Positions 27,894 to 37,019 of a stretch of 64,000 nt of DNA are shown here, in pieces. The translations under genes were made by a program, and so were the position numbers. The stretch's first letter is position 1. Each line of letters opens with the position of its first letter. The notes below the pieces were generated by a model. The model saw only the letters and a list, made by a program, of their open reading frames with translations. It was not told where the DNA came from and searched no databases. This stretch comes from a virus: the IMG/VR virus record IMGVR_UViG_3300025405_000011, positions 1 through 64,000 of that record; one strand, written 5' to 3'.

Positions 27894-28050
27894 TTAAAAA
27901 TAGATCTTCTGCACTATAGGGATCAATCTCGTCATAGACCCACTCTACAATAACTCTACCATCGATGGCTTTACCGACCACTTGGCCTAGACTAGTCTTA
28001 ACTGTAACTATATCCCCAACTTGAAACTGATATTCTTCATCCACTGGCAT
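27850..28050 (-). CDS. Small SH3-like hypothetical protein
   Basis: FQVGDIV...V-x-W pattern. Confidence 0.5.
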   Translation of the reverse strand: MPVDEEYQFQVGDIVTVKTSLGQVVGKAIDGRVIVEWVYDEIDPYSAEDLFLIEQKKEEDGLSSEN

Positions 28051-29077
28051 CTCCTACATATATATCAAAATCATCAACAGTATCAAACTGTTCAAAGAAT
28101 TGTGGAAACTGCATATAACCGAGGTCACAAATTCTAGTAACCATAAGGTCTTCTAGTATATCATTTATTCCGTCATCTTCTCGAAGACAGGCTACTGTAC
28201 TAATACTACTATGCCACTTCTCGATAAATTCTTCTACTTCATCAAGGTAGTCTACTACACAAAATCTAGCATCTCCATATAGTGTAGTAAAAATCTCAGG
28301 ACTTATCAACTCTTCTCTGCGAATATACTTTTGTACATAATTAGCAGAGATAAATTGCTGTACTAATTCACTCTTACGAGTTAGTGGCAGTTTACCTCTA
28401 AACTGATCGACCATTTCTCCATACATAACAGTCATAATGTCACTAATTTCTTTCCATTGCTTTTCACTAACACGTCCTATAATTATATAGAACTTGGGAC
28501 TTAGGCAACCTTCTCCATAGAAAGAAAAGAAATCAAAACAAATTTCATTAATGGTAACTGGAGTAAGATCCTCAGCACGAATTATCCCAAAACTAAACTT
28601 GGGTCCATGGACGTGTACTGTTCTATGTTCACTCTCTAGACCAATAAAGGCGTCTACTGTATCTTGTCCTCCAAAGACCACTACATCAGTGGCTTCTTCT
28701 AGAGCAGTTCTCCACTCCTCAGAAAGTTTTAATTCATCACTAGCAGTATTAAAGACTTTAGTTTGAACATCTTTACCGTGATGTTCTATCACATTCTCAA
28801 TTAAGAAATATTCATCTAGAGTGGGTGCTTTAATAGTTACACTCTCGGGGCCAGCAAGCTTAAGGCATAAGAAGACACTTTTAGCAGTAGCACCAGGCAC
28901 ACTCTTGGCACCAATAATAACAAACTTTCTACCACTCTTTTCAGTATACTCTTCAAACTCCCTGGGGACCTCCATGGCCTCTATGGCCATACGATAGTCA
29001 GTCTCTAGAAATCGTCCATACTGAGAAAGTACACCAACCATATCTACTTCTGGATTAATTATCCATTGCTTGGGCAT
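28037..29077 (-). CDS. LuxC-like acyl-CoA/acyl-protein reductase
   Basis: VVFGGQDTV, HGPKFSFGII, and D-F-x-x-F-x-G-x-GCLSP (catalytic Cys); adjacent to the luxE-like gene. Confidence 0.75.
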   Translation of the reverse strand: MPKQWIINPEVDMVGVLSQYGRFLETDYRMAIEAMEVPREFEEYTEKSGRKFVIIGAKSVPGATAKSVFLCLKLAGPESVTIKAPTLDEYFLIENVIEHHGKDVQTKVFNTASDELKLSEEWRTALEEATDVVVFGGQDTVDAFIGLESEHRTVHVHGPKFSFGIIRAEDLTPVTINEICFDFFSFYGEGCLSPKFYIIIGRVSEKQWKEISDIMTVMYGEMVDQFRGKLPLTRKSELVQQFISANYVQKYIRREELISPEIFTTLYGDARFCVVDYLDEVEEFIEKWHSSISTVACLREDDGINDILEDLMVTRICDLGYMQFPQFFEQFDTVDDFDIYVGDASG

Positions 29078-30128
29078 AAGTTAAGCTACATCCTTTCTCA
29101 GGAGCATTGGTTGCCCTTCCTTCCAATACTAGTGTTGGAGGCCCATCTGAACTATACTTAAAGTGACCCACATCTTCAGTTAATATAAAAGGACAACTCC
29201 AGATATTGGCTAGATCTACAAAGGCAATAATTCCACTTTCCCCATCTTTAACTTCAGTCTGAGTAAGTGGGTCTACTAAACGAACATTTAACCAGTTAGG
29301 CCATTCGTATTCTACTTCTTGAGAGTTACCGGTAGCATAAAGTTGGCTACTAATTTCACTCATACTATATTCTCGAATACTATCTTGAGGACTAATCCCA
29401 AAAAAGTCAGATACTCTAGCAGTTAGTTGACTAGCAGTAAGTTTAATATCTCTGCCCTTCCAACCACCAGTTTCAATAAATATAGAACCTTCTGGAAGTT
29501 TTATGGGCATTAGAGAAGAATTATTAATTGTAGTCATTAGGTCATAGAAAGCTAAACTAGTACCAAATAACAATACTGGTTCTTCCTCTTTTGCTAGATC
29601 TAATTCAATAAAACTTCTGACTCTCTGGGGGTCAGTCATTCCTTCAAAACGTTCAGTAATTCCTCTACGATCATGCTGAGCTGAGATATGTACCATCATA
29701 TAGTAGAGACTACTATTACCTAATACTGGAGTTAACAATATCACTCGATACTTGGGGAATGGAGAACCATCTACAAATGCTCTAAACCCTTCTGCAATAC
29801 TAATTCTATAGGCTTCAGTATCATACATACGATGCATACTCTTATCACCTTGAGTAGTACCACTAGAGTGAAATTCTATTCCGGGAAAGGGCATACGGTC
29901 ACTAAGTACAATACCTACATCATGTCTTTTAAACTCACTAATAGGCATAAGTGGAATTTCTCTCCAGTCAGAGAGTTCTCCAATACTATAACGCTCGTAT
30001 ACTGGATTTAATTCTCGATGTAGATCATAGAGTCCGAGTGCAATCTCACCAAACTTCTCTTGGTGTAACGGATTCCTAACAAACTCAGTAGCATTCTTTA
30101 TAGCTCTATCAATCTCGTTCTTATTCAT
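29055..30128 (-). CDS. LuxE-like acyl-protein synthetase (adenylate-forming)
   Basis: IPLMPISEFK, FHSSGTT, ETGGWKGR, EYSMSE, DLAN...ILTEDVG, LEGR...KGCS. Start re-called to MNKNE. Confidence 0.85.
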   Translation of the reverse strand: MNKNEIDRAIKNATEFVRNPLHQEKFGEIALGLYDLHRELNPVYERYSIGELSDWREIPLMPISEFKRHDVGIVLSDRMPFPGIEFHSSGTTQGDKSMHRMYDTEAYRISIAEGFRAFVDGSPFPKYRVILLTPVLGNSSLYYMMVHISAQHDRRGITERFEGMTDPQRVRSFIELDLAKEEEPVLLFGTSLAFYDLMTTINNSSLMPIKLPEGSIFIETGGWKGRDIKLTASQLTARVSDFFGISPQDSIREYSMSEISSQLYATGNSQEVEYEWPNWLNVRLVDPLTQTEVKDGESGIIAFVDLANIWSCPFILTEDVGHFKYSSDGPPTLVLEGRATNAPEKGCSLTYAQAMDN

Positions 30129-31083
30129 TGAATAATTTCCTTCCAAATGTAGATTCGGTCCATAGTGTGCCTTTAAGCCATCTATCCTTAATACTATTAA
30201 GTTCAAAGTAATCAAACAACTTTAATAGGTGTTCTCCATGATGTGGAGTATCTGGTCCTACAGGTTTAAACTGTAAATTACCTAGAGGTGGAAATGGAAT
30301 ATCATCTAGTCCCTTTAGCTCAATTAGACTAAATGCTCTACGTACCACTTCTTCATGAGGGGAGATCTTATCATTACCTTCATTAAAGATATTGTCTAGA
30401 GAGCCATAATCTTGTATTAGTTTGGTTGCCTTTTTGGGACCAATGCCGGGGACTCCAGGGATATTGTCTCCTTTATCTCCCATAAGAGCCCAAATCTCTG
30501 GTAGTCTCCAGGGGTCTATTCCCCACTCATCTACAACTGACTCTACATCAAAGATCTCTTCTTTAGTATCTTTGCTCTGCCCTAAACTGGGCTTTACTAC
30601 AATAACGTTTTTACGAATTAATTGACGTATATCGTGATCGGCACTAACAATTACTACTTTATCAAATACTGGGCCAAAAGCAGTTGCTGCCTTGGCTATA
30701 ATATCATCTGCTTCTACATCTTGTAAGCGTAAGTAGGGTATACCCATACTCTTTACAATTTCAAAGACTAGTTCTAGTTGAGGTCTAAACTCATCAACTA
30801 CTGGTTCTTCATTTTCTTCTTTCTTACGATTACGGTTGGCCTTATACTGTGGGTCGATAGCCAATCGTTTACTACTTCTACCTTGATCAAAAGCAATAAG
30901 AACATGAGAAGGTTCGAATCTACGAATCATACTAGAAATAGTATTAATTGTACCGTAGACTCCCCAAGTACCAACTCCATCACTATTTCTTAGTTCTTGT
31001 TTCATTAATCCACTATAGCCACGAATAAAGATATTGTGTCCATCAAAGATTAGGAGTGTACTTTTATCCATAATACTTTTCAA
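30121..31083 (-). CDS. 5'-3' exonuclease (Pol I N-terminal/FEN-like)
   Basis: FDGHN, AFD, YKANR, EADDII, SADHD, LMGDKGDNIPGVPGIGPKKA. Confidence 0.93.
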   Translation of the reverse strand: MKSIMDKSTLLIFDGHNIFIRGYSGLMKQELRNSDGVGTWGVYGTINTISSMIRRFEPSHVLIAFDQGRSSKRLAIDPQYKANRNRKKEENEEPVVDEFRPQLELVFEIVKSMGIPYLRLQDVEADDIIAKAATAFGPVFDKVVIVSADHDIRQLIRKNVIVVKPSLGQSKDTKEEIFDVESVVDEWGIDPWRLPEIWALMGDKGDNIPGVPGIGPKKATKLIQDYGSLDNIFNEGNDKISPHEEVVRRAFSLIELKGLDDIPFPPLGNLQFKPVGPDTPHHGEHLLKLFDYFELNSIKDRWLKGTLWTESTFGRKLFNE

Positions 31084-31927
31084 ACTCTCCCCACAGAAGA
31101 TTAATATCAGTAAAGCCTAGATATTGTTCCCACTGTTCTTTGGGGATCTTACAGGCAGCTAGATAGCAAGCAACATTCCAAGCAATCACTTCTTGTTCTT
31201 CTCGAGTATAAGTTCTACTAAAGTCTAATGGAGTCCAGTCTTTGTCTCTACCAAAAGAAATATTTCTAAGAGCCTTAAACTTAGTAGGGCAGGCATAGGG
31301 TGCAGTAGTATCATGACTATGCACTAGTCCTAGTTCCAGTATCTTTTTAAACATAGGATGTCTAAATAGAGTAAATAGTTCACGAACTTCTAGAGTGCCG
31401 AGCATATGAATGCCTGTACCATTACCCTTAGTAAATTCTTGACTAGTGGTCAAGTGCTCTAGAAAGCCCAATCTTTTAGCCCAGAAAGGTAACCCTTCAC
31501 TAGTTTCAGTCTTAATCTTAGTATCATAAGTGACCCCAATACGATCTACAATACCACTCTGATCCCAGAATCTATAGCTCTCTAGCCCACTTTGGAGATC
31601 TTTAGCTTGTATAACTGCCATATATTTACCATGGTAGTCAGTATCTTTCATACTCTCATAAAACTCTATACTACGCTTACGAGTTTTCTTGTCCTTATGT
31701 AGAACATCCGGAAGGATAATCCAGTTGGGCTGTAAACGTCCAGCCAAGTAGGCCAAACGAGCCCCACCTTGACCTTCTCCTAGTTCATCTGCACCATTAT
31801 CTAGAACAAGTTTGTTCATAGTCTTATAGGATTCAATAACTGTAGAATCTTTCATCTCATGAGATAAAGCATACCCTAGAGATCTTGGGTGAGATAACTT
31901 ATGGGGTTTGCCCAGATATAAATCCAT
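31064..31927 (-). CDS. TGT-fold (DpdA-like) deazaguanine transglycosylase
   Basis: Ordered TGT motifs LDNGA, ILPDV, MAVIQ, HMLG, SHDTT, plus que-gene context. Confidence 0.7.
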   Translation of the reverse strand: MDLYLGKPHKLSHPRSLGYALSHEMKDSTVIESYKTMNKLVLDNGADELGEGQGGARLAYLAGRLQPNWIILPDVLHKDKKTRKRSIEFYESMKDTDYHGKYMAVIQAKDLQSGLESYRFWDQSGIVDRIGVTYDTKIKTETSEGLPFWAKRLGFLEHLTTSQEFTKGNGTGIHMLGTLEVRELFTLFRHPMFKKILELGLVHSHDTTAPYACPTKFKALRNISFGRDKDWTPLDFSRTYTREEQEVIAWNVACYLAACKIPKEQWEQYLGFTDINLLWGEFEKYYG

Positions 31928-31928
31928 A

Positions 31929-32579
31929 TTATTTCCTTACTAGGGTAGCAGCAAAGTTCGAATACTTTTCTCGAACATCTAATTCACAATTATAGCCATT
32001 CTTTTCAGCTAGTTCAACTATTTCTTGGGGGTCATGACTATTAAAGTTACGACTCCAATCCCAGTTAGGGTCATTTAGACTTCGATTAAATTCATGTCTT
32101 TGAGAGATAAATAGAACAGCTTTATTGCTCATAGCCATAACCTTTTCTAGTAATTCTAGGGAATAGTCATGAGGCAAAGAGTCCATCATGCACAATACTA
32201 GAGTTATATCTGCTCGTATTCCTTTATCATAAGCACTCTCTATACTTTCTACTTCGAAAGAAGCATTGGGTAAGTCAGCATAAATCTCTCGAGAACCATA
32301 GATCATATTTTCAGCTAGATCAGTCCCTAGGTATTTAATATCTGGGTTAATACTTCTTAGAGTCATAGCATAAGCACAACCCACTTCATGTACCGTAACA
32401 TTAGGGTCTAGTGCATAAAAATAATCTGTAATCTCTTTGGCTTTTTCTCGAACAAAATTAACAGTCCTCTTACGGTAGAGTCCCAATACTTTCTTTTCTG
32501 TAAAATTATTCCAATACTCTTTACGTTGCTCGTCTGACAGTGTATTGATGTCAAACTTACCCAATCCTTTTTTAACCAT
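31929..32579 (-). CDS. Class I SAM-dependent methyltransferase
   Basis: VHEVGCAYA (motif I), YLGTDL (motif II), ADIT... Confidence 0.75.
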   Translation of the reverse strand: MVKKGLGKFDINTLSDEQRKEYWNNFTEKKVLGLYRKRTVNFVREKAKEITDYFYALDPNVTVHEVGCAYAMTLRSINPDIKYLGTDLAENMIYGSREIYADLPNASFEVESIESAYDKGIRADITLVLCMMDSLPHDYSLELLEKVMAMSNKAVLFISQRHEFNRSLNDPNWDWSRNFNSHDPQEIVELAEKNGYNCELDVREKYSNFAATLVRK

Positions 32580-33438
32580 TTTTAATCATTTCTATAGTTT
32601 CTTGTGACCAGTCTCTTACATATTCTAGAGTTGGTAGTTTTTCAGTGCTTTTAATACTAAATTCTGCAATCCTTTGAATTAACTTAGGGTCTCTAGTACC
32701 CGGCCACACTCTCCATTCGAGAGTATTATAGTTCTTAGTGGGGTCCATAACAGCACCAGGGCAGATTAGTCTACGGTATTGATATAGTTCAAAACTTTGT
32801 CTAGAACCATCCGGTAGTTTATGATGCCTACGGTATTCGTAACTATATTCTTCATAGTCCTTGGTCTTCAATAGATCATTTATAAAGTCATCACTATAGC
32901 GGTAGGTCTTGGGAGAATGTTGAGAAGTTGCTGCTTCATGTACGGCTATTAATAGATACTGTGCTTCTCTTACCCACTCAGTAAATTCTAGTAATCTTTT
33001 CCAGTTTGTTTCACTCTGGGCTCCAAAGTCCACGTGAACATGTAGGTCATGAAATAGATCTGGGTCAATTTCAGCTCCATATAGATCTAGATTTAATAGC
33101 ATTTTATTAAGAGTATAAAAGTCTTCTTCCATATTTTCAGGTCTTAGTATCGGAGAGATTAGTTCTGCACCCTGCCAATATTGTCTATTGCTTTCTTTGC
33201 CTCCAACAATACTACCGTCAGGCAACATTACTAGTCTTCTACACCTAGTGCCATTATGATTGCTAATAGTTTTATCACTAGAAATATTCCAACGATCATA
33301 CCTACGAACTTTTTCACTGAGTGATACTCCTCTATCTCGCCATTCCTCAAAGGAAATCTCTTGTAATTTAAAAACTACTTGAGCAGCCTTAAGGAGATTA
33401 ATATCCCCCATCTCTATTTCTAGCCCATAAGTAGTCAT
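32572..33438 (-). CDS. COOH-NH2 ligase (amidoligase) family protein
   Basis: TYGLEIE, GAELISP, LHVHVD, TLEWR. Confidence 0.8.
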   Translation of the reverse strand: MTTYGLEIEMGDINLLKAAQVVFKLQEISFEEWRDRGVSLSEKVRRYDRWNISSDKTISNHNGTRCRRLVMLPDGSIVGGKESNRQYWQGAELISPILRPENMEEDFYTLNKMLLNLDLYGAEIDPDLFHDLHVHVDFGAQSETNWKRLLEFTEWVREAQYLLIAVHEAATSQHSPKTYRYSDDFINDLLKTKDYEEYSYEYRRHHKLPDGSRQSFELYQYRRLICPGAVMDPTKNYNTLEWRVWPGTRDPKLIQRIAEFSIKSTEKLPTLEYVRDWSQETIEMIKNG

Positions 33439-35183
33439 TAGATATTAGGCCTTTGAGCAGTTGCTATAAAACCCTTCTCCAATTCTACATCAAAGGGAGC
33501 CCAAGTAGGAAAGTTCCATTCTCTACTCTCATAGATTCTTTTGGCTGGTCTATCTGGGTTATAGAGACCGGCTTCTACAAACTGTCTAGCAAACTCAAAA
33601 CAGTCACGAATTTGTTCTGGATCAGTAGTATTGGGGAAACATCTAAACTCTACAGTACCATGAGCAAATACACTACGAACATTAATACCTGCACGGTGTA
33701 CCCCAATATGATACTGTCTCTTACCAAGTCGTTCATTAAAGTGAAAGTGACCATCATAAAACTCTTGAGGAGTAGTAGCATCTAGAATAGCTTGCCAACG
33801 AGTGGGAGGAACTCCTTGCTTGGTCCAAAGATTTTTTTGTCTATTGAACTTCATAGCCAATGCATAATCTTGCTTGTTAGGATATTCTCCTTCTCTAGGA
33901 CGTTCACGAGGCAGCATATCAGTGAATACAAAATCTTGGTTTTTAATTGTATAGTCAAATAGACTCTTGAGTGCTTCGACATCATCTACTAGTCCTGGAA
34001 CTCCAATGTGTAGTTGTAAACTACCACGGTATAGTGCTTTGGGGTCTAGTAGGTCTCTTAGAGTAGAGGCAATCTCTACTTGTCTCTCGATAGAATCTGT
34101 TGGTAGAGTATTGATCTCTCCTCCATAAAAGTTTCTCTGGAGAGTGGGATCATTGGCTCTACCATCTGAGTTAACAATGGTCCATTCCTTGGGACTCCAT
34201 CGTCCACAGTCCTCTGGCAGTTTAATTCGAGCGTCACAGTCACTCCACTCTAGTTCAGCACCATAAGTAAAAGTTCCCAAACGCTTTTTCCTTTTCTCTA
34301 TAATCTTTTTTCTTGCTGCTGCAGCATTAGGGTCTGGGTACTCCATATACTTATGCTTGGTCGCTAGAAATCCCTTTTCTAGTTCCGGAAGGAACTCTTG
34401 CCATTGAGGGAAGTTCCAAGTTTTACTCTCATAAATTTCTCTAGCAGTTCTACTAGGATTATACAGAGCAGCTTCCATATATTGCTTGGCAAACTCTAGT
34501 GCATCTCTTACTTGCTCAGGATCTGTTGTTCCGGCAAAGACACGAAATTCTGTAGTCCCGTGCTTAAAGATTGCTCTAATGTTAATTCCAGCTCGAACAA
34601 TTCCGATGTGATAGAGTCTACGTCCGAGCTTTTCATTATACTGGAAGTGGTAATCATAAAATTCTTTACAGGTTGTTGAATTGAGAATATCTTGTGCACG
34701 ATTTAATGGTACTCCTTGTTTGGCCCAATAGTTTTGTTGACGATAGAAGTTTTTTGCTAGTTTAAGATCTCCCTTGTCTGGAAACTTTTCTTCCGTAGGC
34801 TCAGTGTAAGGAAGCATATCAAAGTATACAAAGTTTTGATTGTCTTGAGTATATTGGAACAGTTGCTTTAGTGCATCTAGGTCCTCTTTTAGACCTTCTA
34901 CTCCTACATGTACGTGTAGATTAGCCCGGTAAAAGGATAGAGGACTTAAAAGATCTCTGAGTTCAGTTACGATGGCAACTTGTTCTTCTATAGAGTCAGT
35001 TGGTTTAGTATTAATCTCTCCACCAAGATGAGTCTTTTTCATAGTGGGGTCATTGGCTTGACCATCACTGTTAACTAGAGTGGCATCATCTTTGTTCCAA
35101 GTGGCAGTAGGGGGTAGTTCTATTCTACGGTCTACATCACTCCATTCGAGCTCTAACCCATAAGTAAACTTACCCAATGTCAT
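33438..35183 (-). CDS. Tandem two-domain amidoligase
   Basis: Two copies of TYG-x-ELE / GGEINT / H-x-H-x-G / GT-x-EFR. Start re-called to MTLGKF. Confidence 0.8.
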   Translation of the reverse strand: MTLGKFTYGLELEWSDVDRRIELPPTATWNKDDATLVNSDGQANDPTMKKTHLGGEINTKPTDSIEEQVAIVTELRDLLSPLSFYRANLHVHVGVEGLKEDLDALKQLFQYTQDNQNFVYFDMLPYTEPTEEKFPDKGDLKLAKNFYRQQNYWAKQGVPLNRAQDILNSTTCKEFYDYHFQYNEKLGRRLYHIGIVRAGINIRAIFKHGTTEFRVFAGTTDPEQVRDALEFAKQYMEAALYNPSRTAREIYESKTWNFPQWQEFLPELEKGFLATKHKYMEYPDPNAAAARKKIIEKRKKRLGTFTYGAELEWSDCDARIKLPEDCGRWSPKEWTIVNSDGRANDPTLQRNFYGGEINTLPTDSIERQVEIASTLRDLLDPKALYRGSLQLHIGVPGLVDDVEALKSLFDYTIKNQDFVFTDMLPRERPREGEYPNKQDYALAMKFNRQKNLWTKQGVPPTRWQAILDATTPQEFYDGHFHFNERLGKRQYHIGVHRAGINVRSVFAHGTVEFRCFPNTTDPEQIRDCFEFARQFVEAGLYNPDRPAKRIYESREWNFPTWAPFDVELEKGFIATAQRPNI

Positions 35184-35520
35184 AAGTAAAGGCCTTAATC
35201 TTTTCATTGTTCTGATCTATTTCCATTACTTTGGCTGGTTCATACTCTGTACTAGTTTTACGAGTAAATAGAATACACTTGTCTCCAATTTCTCCTAAAC
35301 GAGCACCTCCACCGTTTAAGTGGAACTCTCTATCTGGACCATAGAGTACATAAGTTTCCCACCGAAGACCGTTGTTAGCATTTACACAATAGATCCACTC
35401 ATATTCTTCAATACCAAGTTCCAGGCAGTAGTTTTCTGGAATAGTAACAGAACCATGGTAGTCCAAACTCTTATGAGTTACTCTAATTCCATGTAGCTTG
35501 GCTCCTACATATTGTCTCAT
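35170..35520 (-). CDS. panD: Aspartate 1-decarboxylase (pyruvoyl)
   Basis: KLH, YHG|SVT autocleavage site, NG-x-R-x-ETY, NGGGAR. Confidence 0.9.
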   Translation of the reverse strand: MRQYVGAKLHGIRVTHKSLDYHGSVTIPENYCLELGIEEYEWIYCVNANNGLRWETYVLYGPDREFHLNGGGARLGEIGDKCILFTRKTSTEYEPAKVMEIDQNNEKIKAFTYDIG

Positions 35521-35573
35521 TGTGTCTCCTATTGTTGCTGTGATTGTATAGCTTGGTTTTGTGGTTTAGTTAC

Positions 35574-35602
35574 ATTATAAACCATTAATTATCAGGATAC
35601 AA
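35574..35602 (-). promoter_or_regulatory. Promoter heading the panD...aminotransferase operon
   Basis: TTGTAT-N17-TATAAT; AGGAG SD before panD. Confidence 0.6.
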
Positions 35603-36614
35603 CTAAAAGTCTTTCTTTTACAAAACGCTCTTGAGAAAGATTCTTGGCCTTACTTTCAAGTTGGATATCAAAGTCATCATGGAAACGCCAAGCCCATTGA
35701 TTACTGGCTTGGTTCCAATAGTAGTCACTATGAGCTCTTAGCTTGGGTTTATTAAAACCTTGCTTGATTAGTTCTACAAAATCAGGAGCTACATAAGGGT
35801 CATGACCTATTAGTACATCTTCACGAGGAAGGCTATAGTGAATAACAGGACGCTTGCCTTTCCAAGAGTCTACAATTCTCAATACTCTAGAGTCATCAGG
35901 CTCAATATACTCACCAGTCTTGACCCAGTGGTGATGGATATCTAGTACTAGGGGGACATGGTGCTCTAGCTTAAGACTCTCTTCAATACCCCAGTTCATT
36001 TCACTATTCTCAATAGTTATATTTTCACGAGCAGTTCTAGAAAGATAAGGTAGTGCCTCTATAATACCTCGAGCACCCATCTGACCGGCAATATGTACAT
36101 TAATCTTGACATCTAGAGGGTCAGTATAGCCCATCCAATAGACCATATCAGCATGGTATTCCATCTCGTCTATACTACGCTGAACTACATCAGGGCGGTG
36201 ACTAGCCAATACCGTAAACTCTCCAGGGTGAAAACTCAAACGTATATCATGCTCTCTAGCAAAGTCACCAATACGTCCAAAACCATCTTCAATCTTGGGA
36301 AGGATACCAGGTCTACGATATACTTCTCGCCAATAAGGTAGACTATACAGAGGCAATAGATCACTACCCAGACGAACCATATGATAGATATCGTCACGAG
36401 CAGCAACACGCTCTAGTAAAAGCTCTACACTACGAAGGTTATGCTCTAGGACCTCAATCAATTTCATATCGGCAGTATGGCCCAGATTATTATTCATCCA
36501 GGTCAAAGTAAGACTTCTAGTGCTTAATGCCCTAGCATCATCTTTGGGGCCAATACCGTTAATCTGACCATCATGGTCAATCCACTTACAACAAAAACCT
36601 ACTCGTTTTTTCAC
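35592..36614 (-). CDS. uvsE: UV-damage endonuclease
   Basis: R-x-GSD-x-x-P, RLSFHPGEF, INVH, IEN, LDIHHH, AHSD, ESKAK. Confidence 0.92.
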   Translation of the reverse strand: MKKRVGFCCKWIDHDGQINGIGPKDDARALSTRSLTLTWMNNNLGHTADMKLIEVLEHNLRSVELLLERVAARDDIYHMVRLGSDLLPLYSLPYWREVYRRPGILPKIEDGFGRIGDFAREHDIRLSFHPGEFTVLASHRPDVVQRSIDEMEYHADMVYWMGYTDPLDVKINVHIAGQMGARGIIEALPYLSRTARENITIENSEMNWGIEESLKLEHHVPLVLDIHHHWVKTGEYIEPDDSRVLRIVDSWKGKRPVIHYSLPREDVLIGHDPYVAPDFVELIKQGFNKPKLRAHSDYYWNQASNQWAWRFHDDFDIQLESKAKNLSQERFVKERLLVVS

Positions 36615-37019
36615 TTACTTATCTTTCTTGGCTTCTTCTCGTTCTGATAGGCCATCTCTTACAGTATAGTAACCTCTTCTGGTCTTAACAAAGTAAAAGG
36701 GATTTTCTTTTATAGTCTTAATGGCGGTATCGTAACTTACTCCAAGTTTACGACCTAGATCAGAAGTACCATACTCTTGCTCTAAGTGAGCCAAAACCCA
36801 CTCACGAAGTTTAAGTGTCTTGTCTTCCTTGGTCTTCTTTACTAGTTGTGGAGTCTGTCCGGTTAGTTCTTCTATTAGACTCTTACTGACCATATGAGTA
36901 ACCAAACTCTCTATGACATTCCAACCGTTACGAGTGGCTTTTTCAATTATCCACTGTGCTCTTAAAACTTCTGACTTATCAAAAGTCTCTTGATAGTCTA
37001 CTTTTTCTTGACTTTCCAA
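36615..37019 (-). CDS. Hypothetical winged-HTH protein
   Basis: C-terminal DLGRKLGVSYDTA...F...RGYY. Confidence 0.55.
   Translation of the reverse strand: MESQEKVDYQETFDKSEVLRAQWIIEKATRNGWNVIESLVTHMVSKSLIEELTGQTPQLVKKTKEDKTLKLREWVLAHLEQEYGTSDLGRKLGVSYDTAIKTIKENPFYFVKTRRGYYTVRDGLSEREEAKKDK

Noticed and set aside
28037-30128. Bioluminescence (lux) operon
   Set aside because: No luxA, luxB or luxD in the window; the context is nucleotide modification.
33438-35183. Diversity-generating retroelement TR/VR pair
   Set aside because: The repeat is an in-frame domain duplication diverged at all bases, and no reverse transcriptase is present.
35170-35520. Pantothenate/CoA auxiliary metabolic pathway
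   Set aside because: No panB, panC or panE nearby, and panD is coupled to amidoligases. Not strictly excluded.
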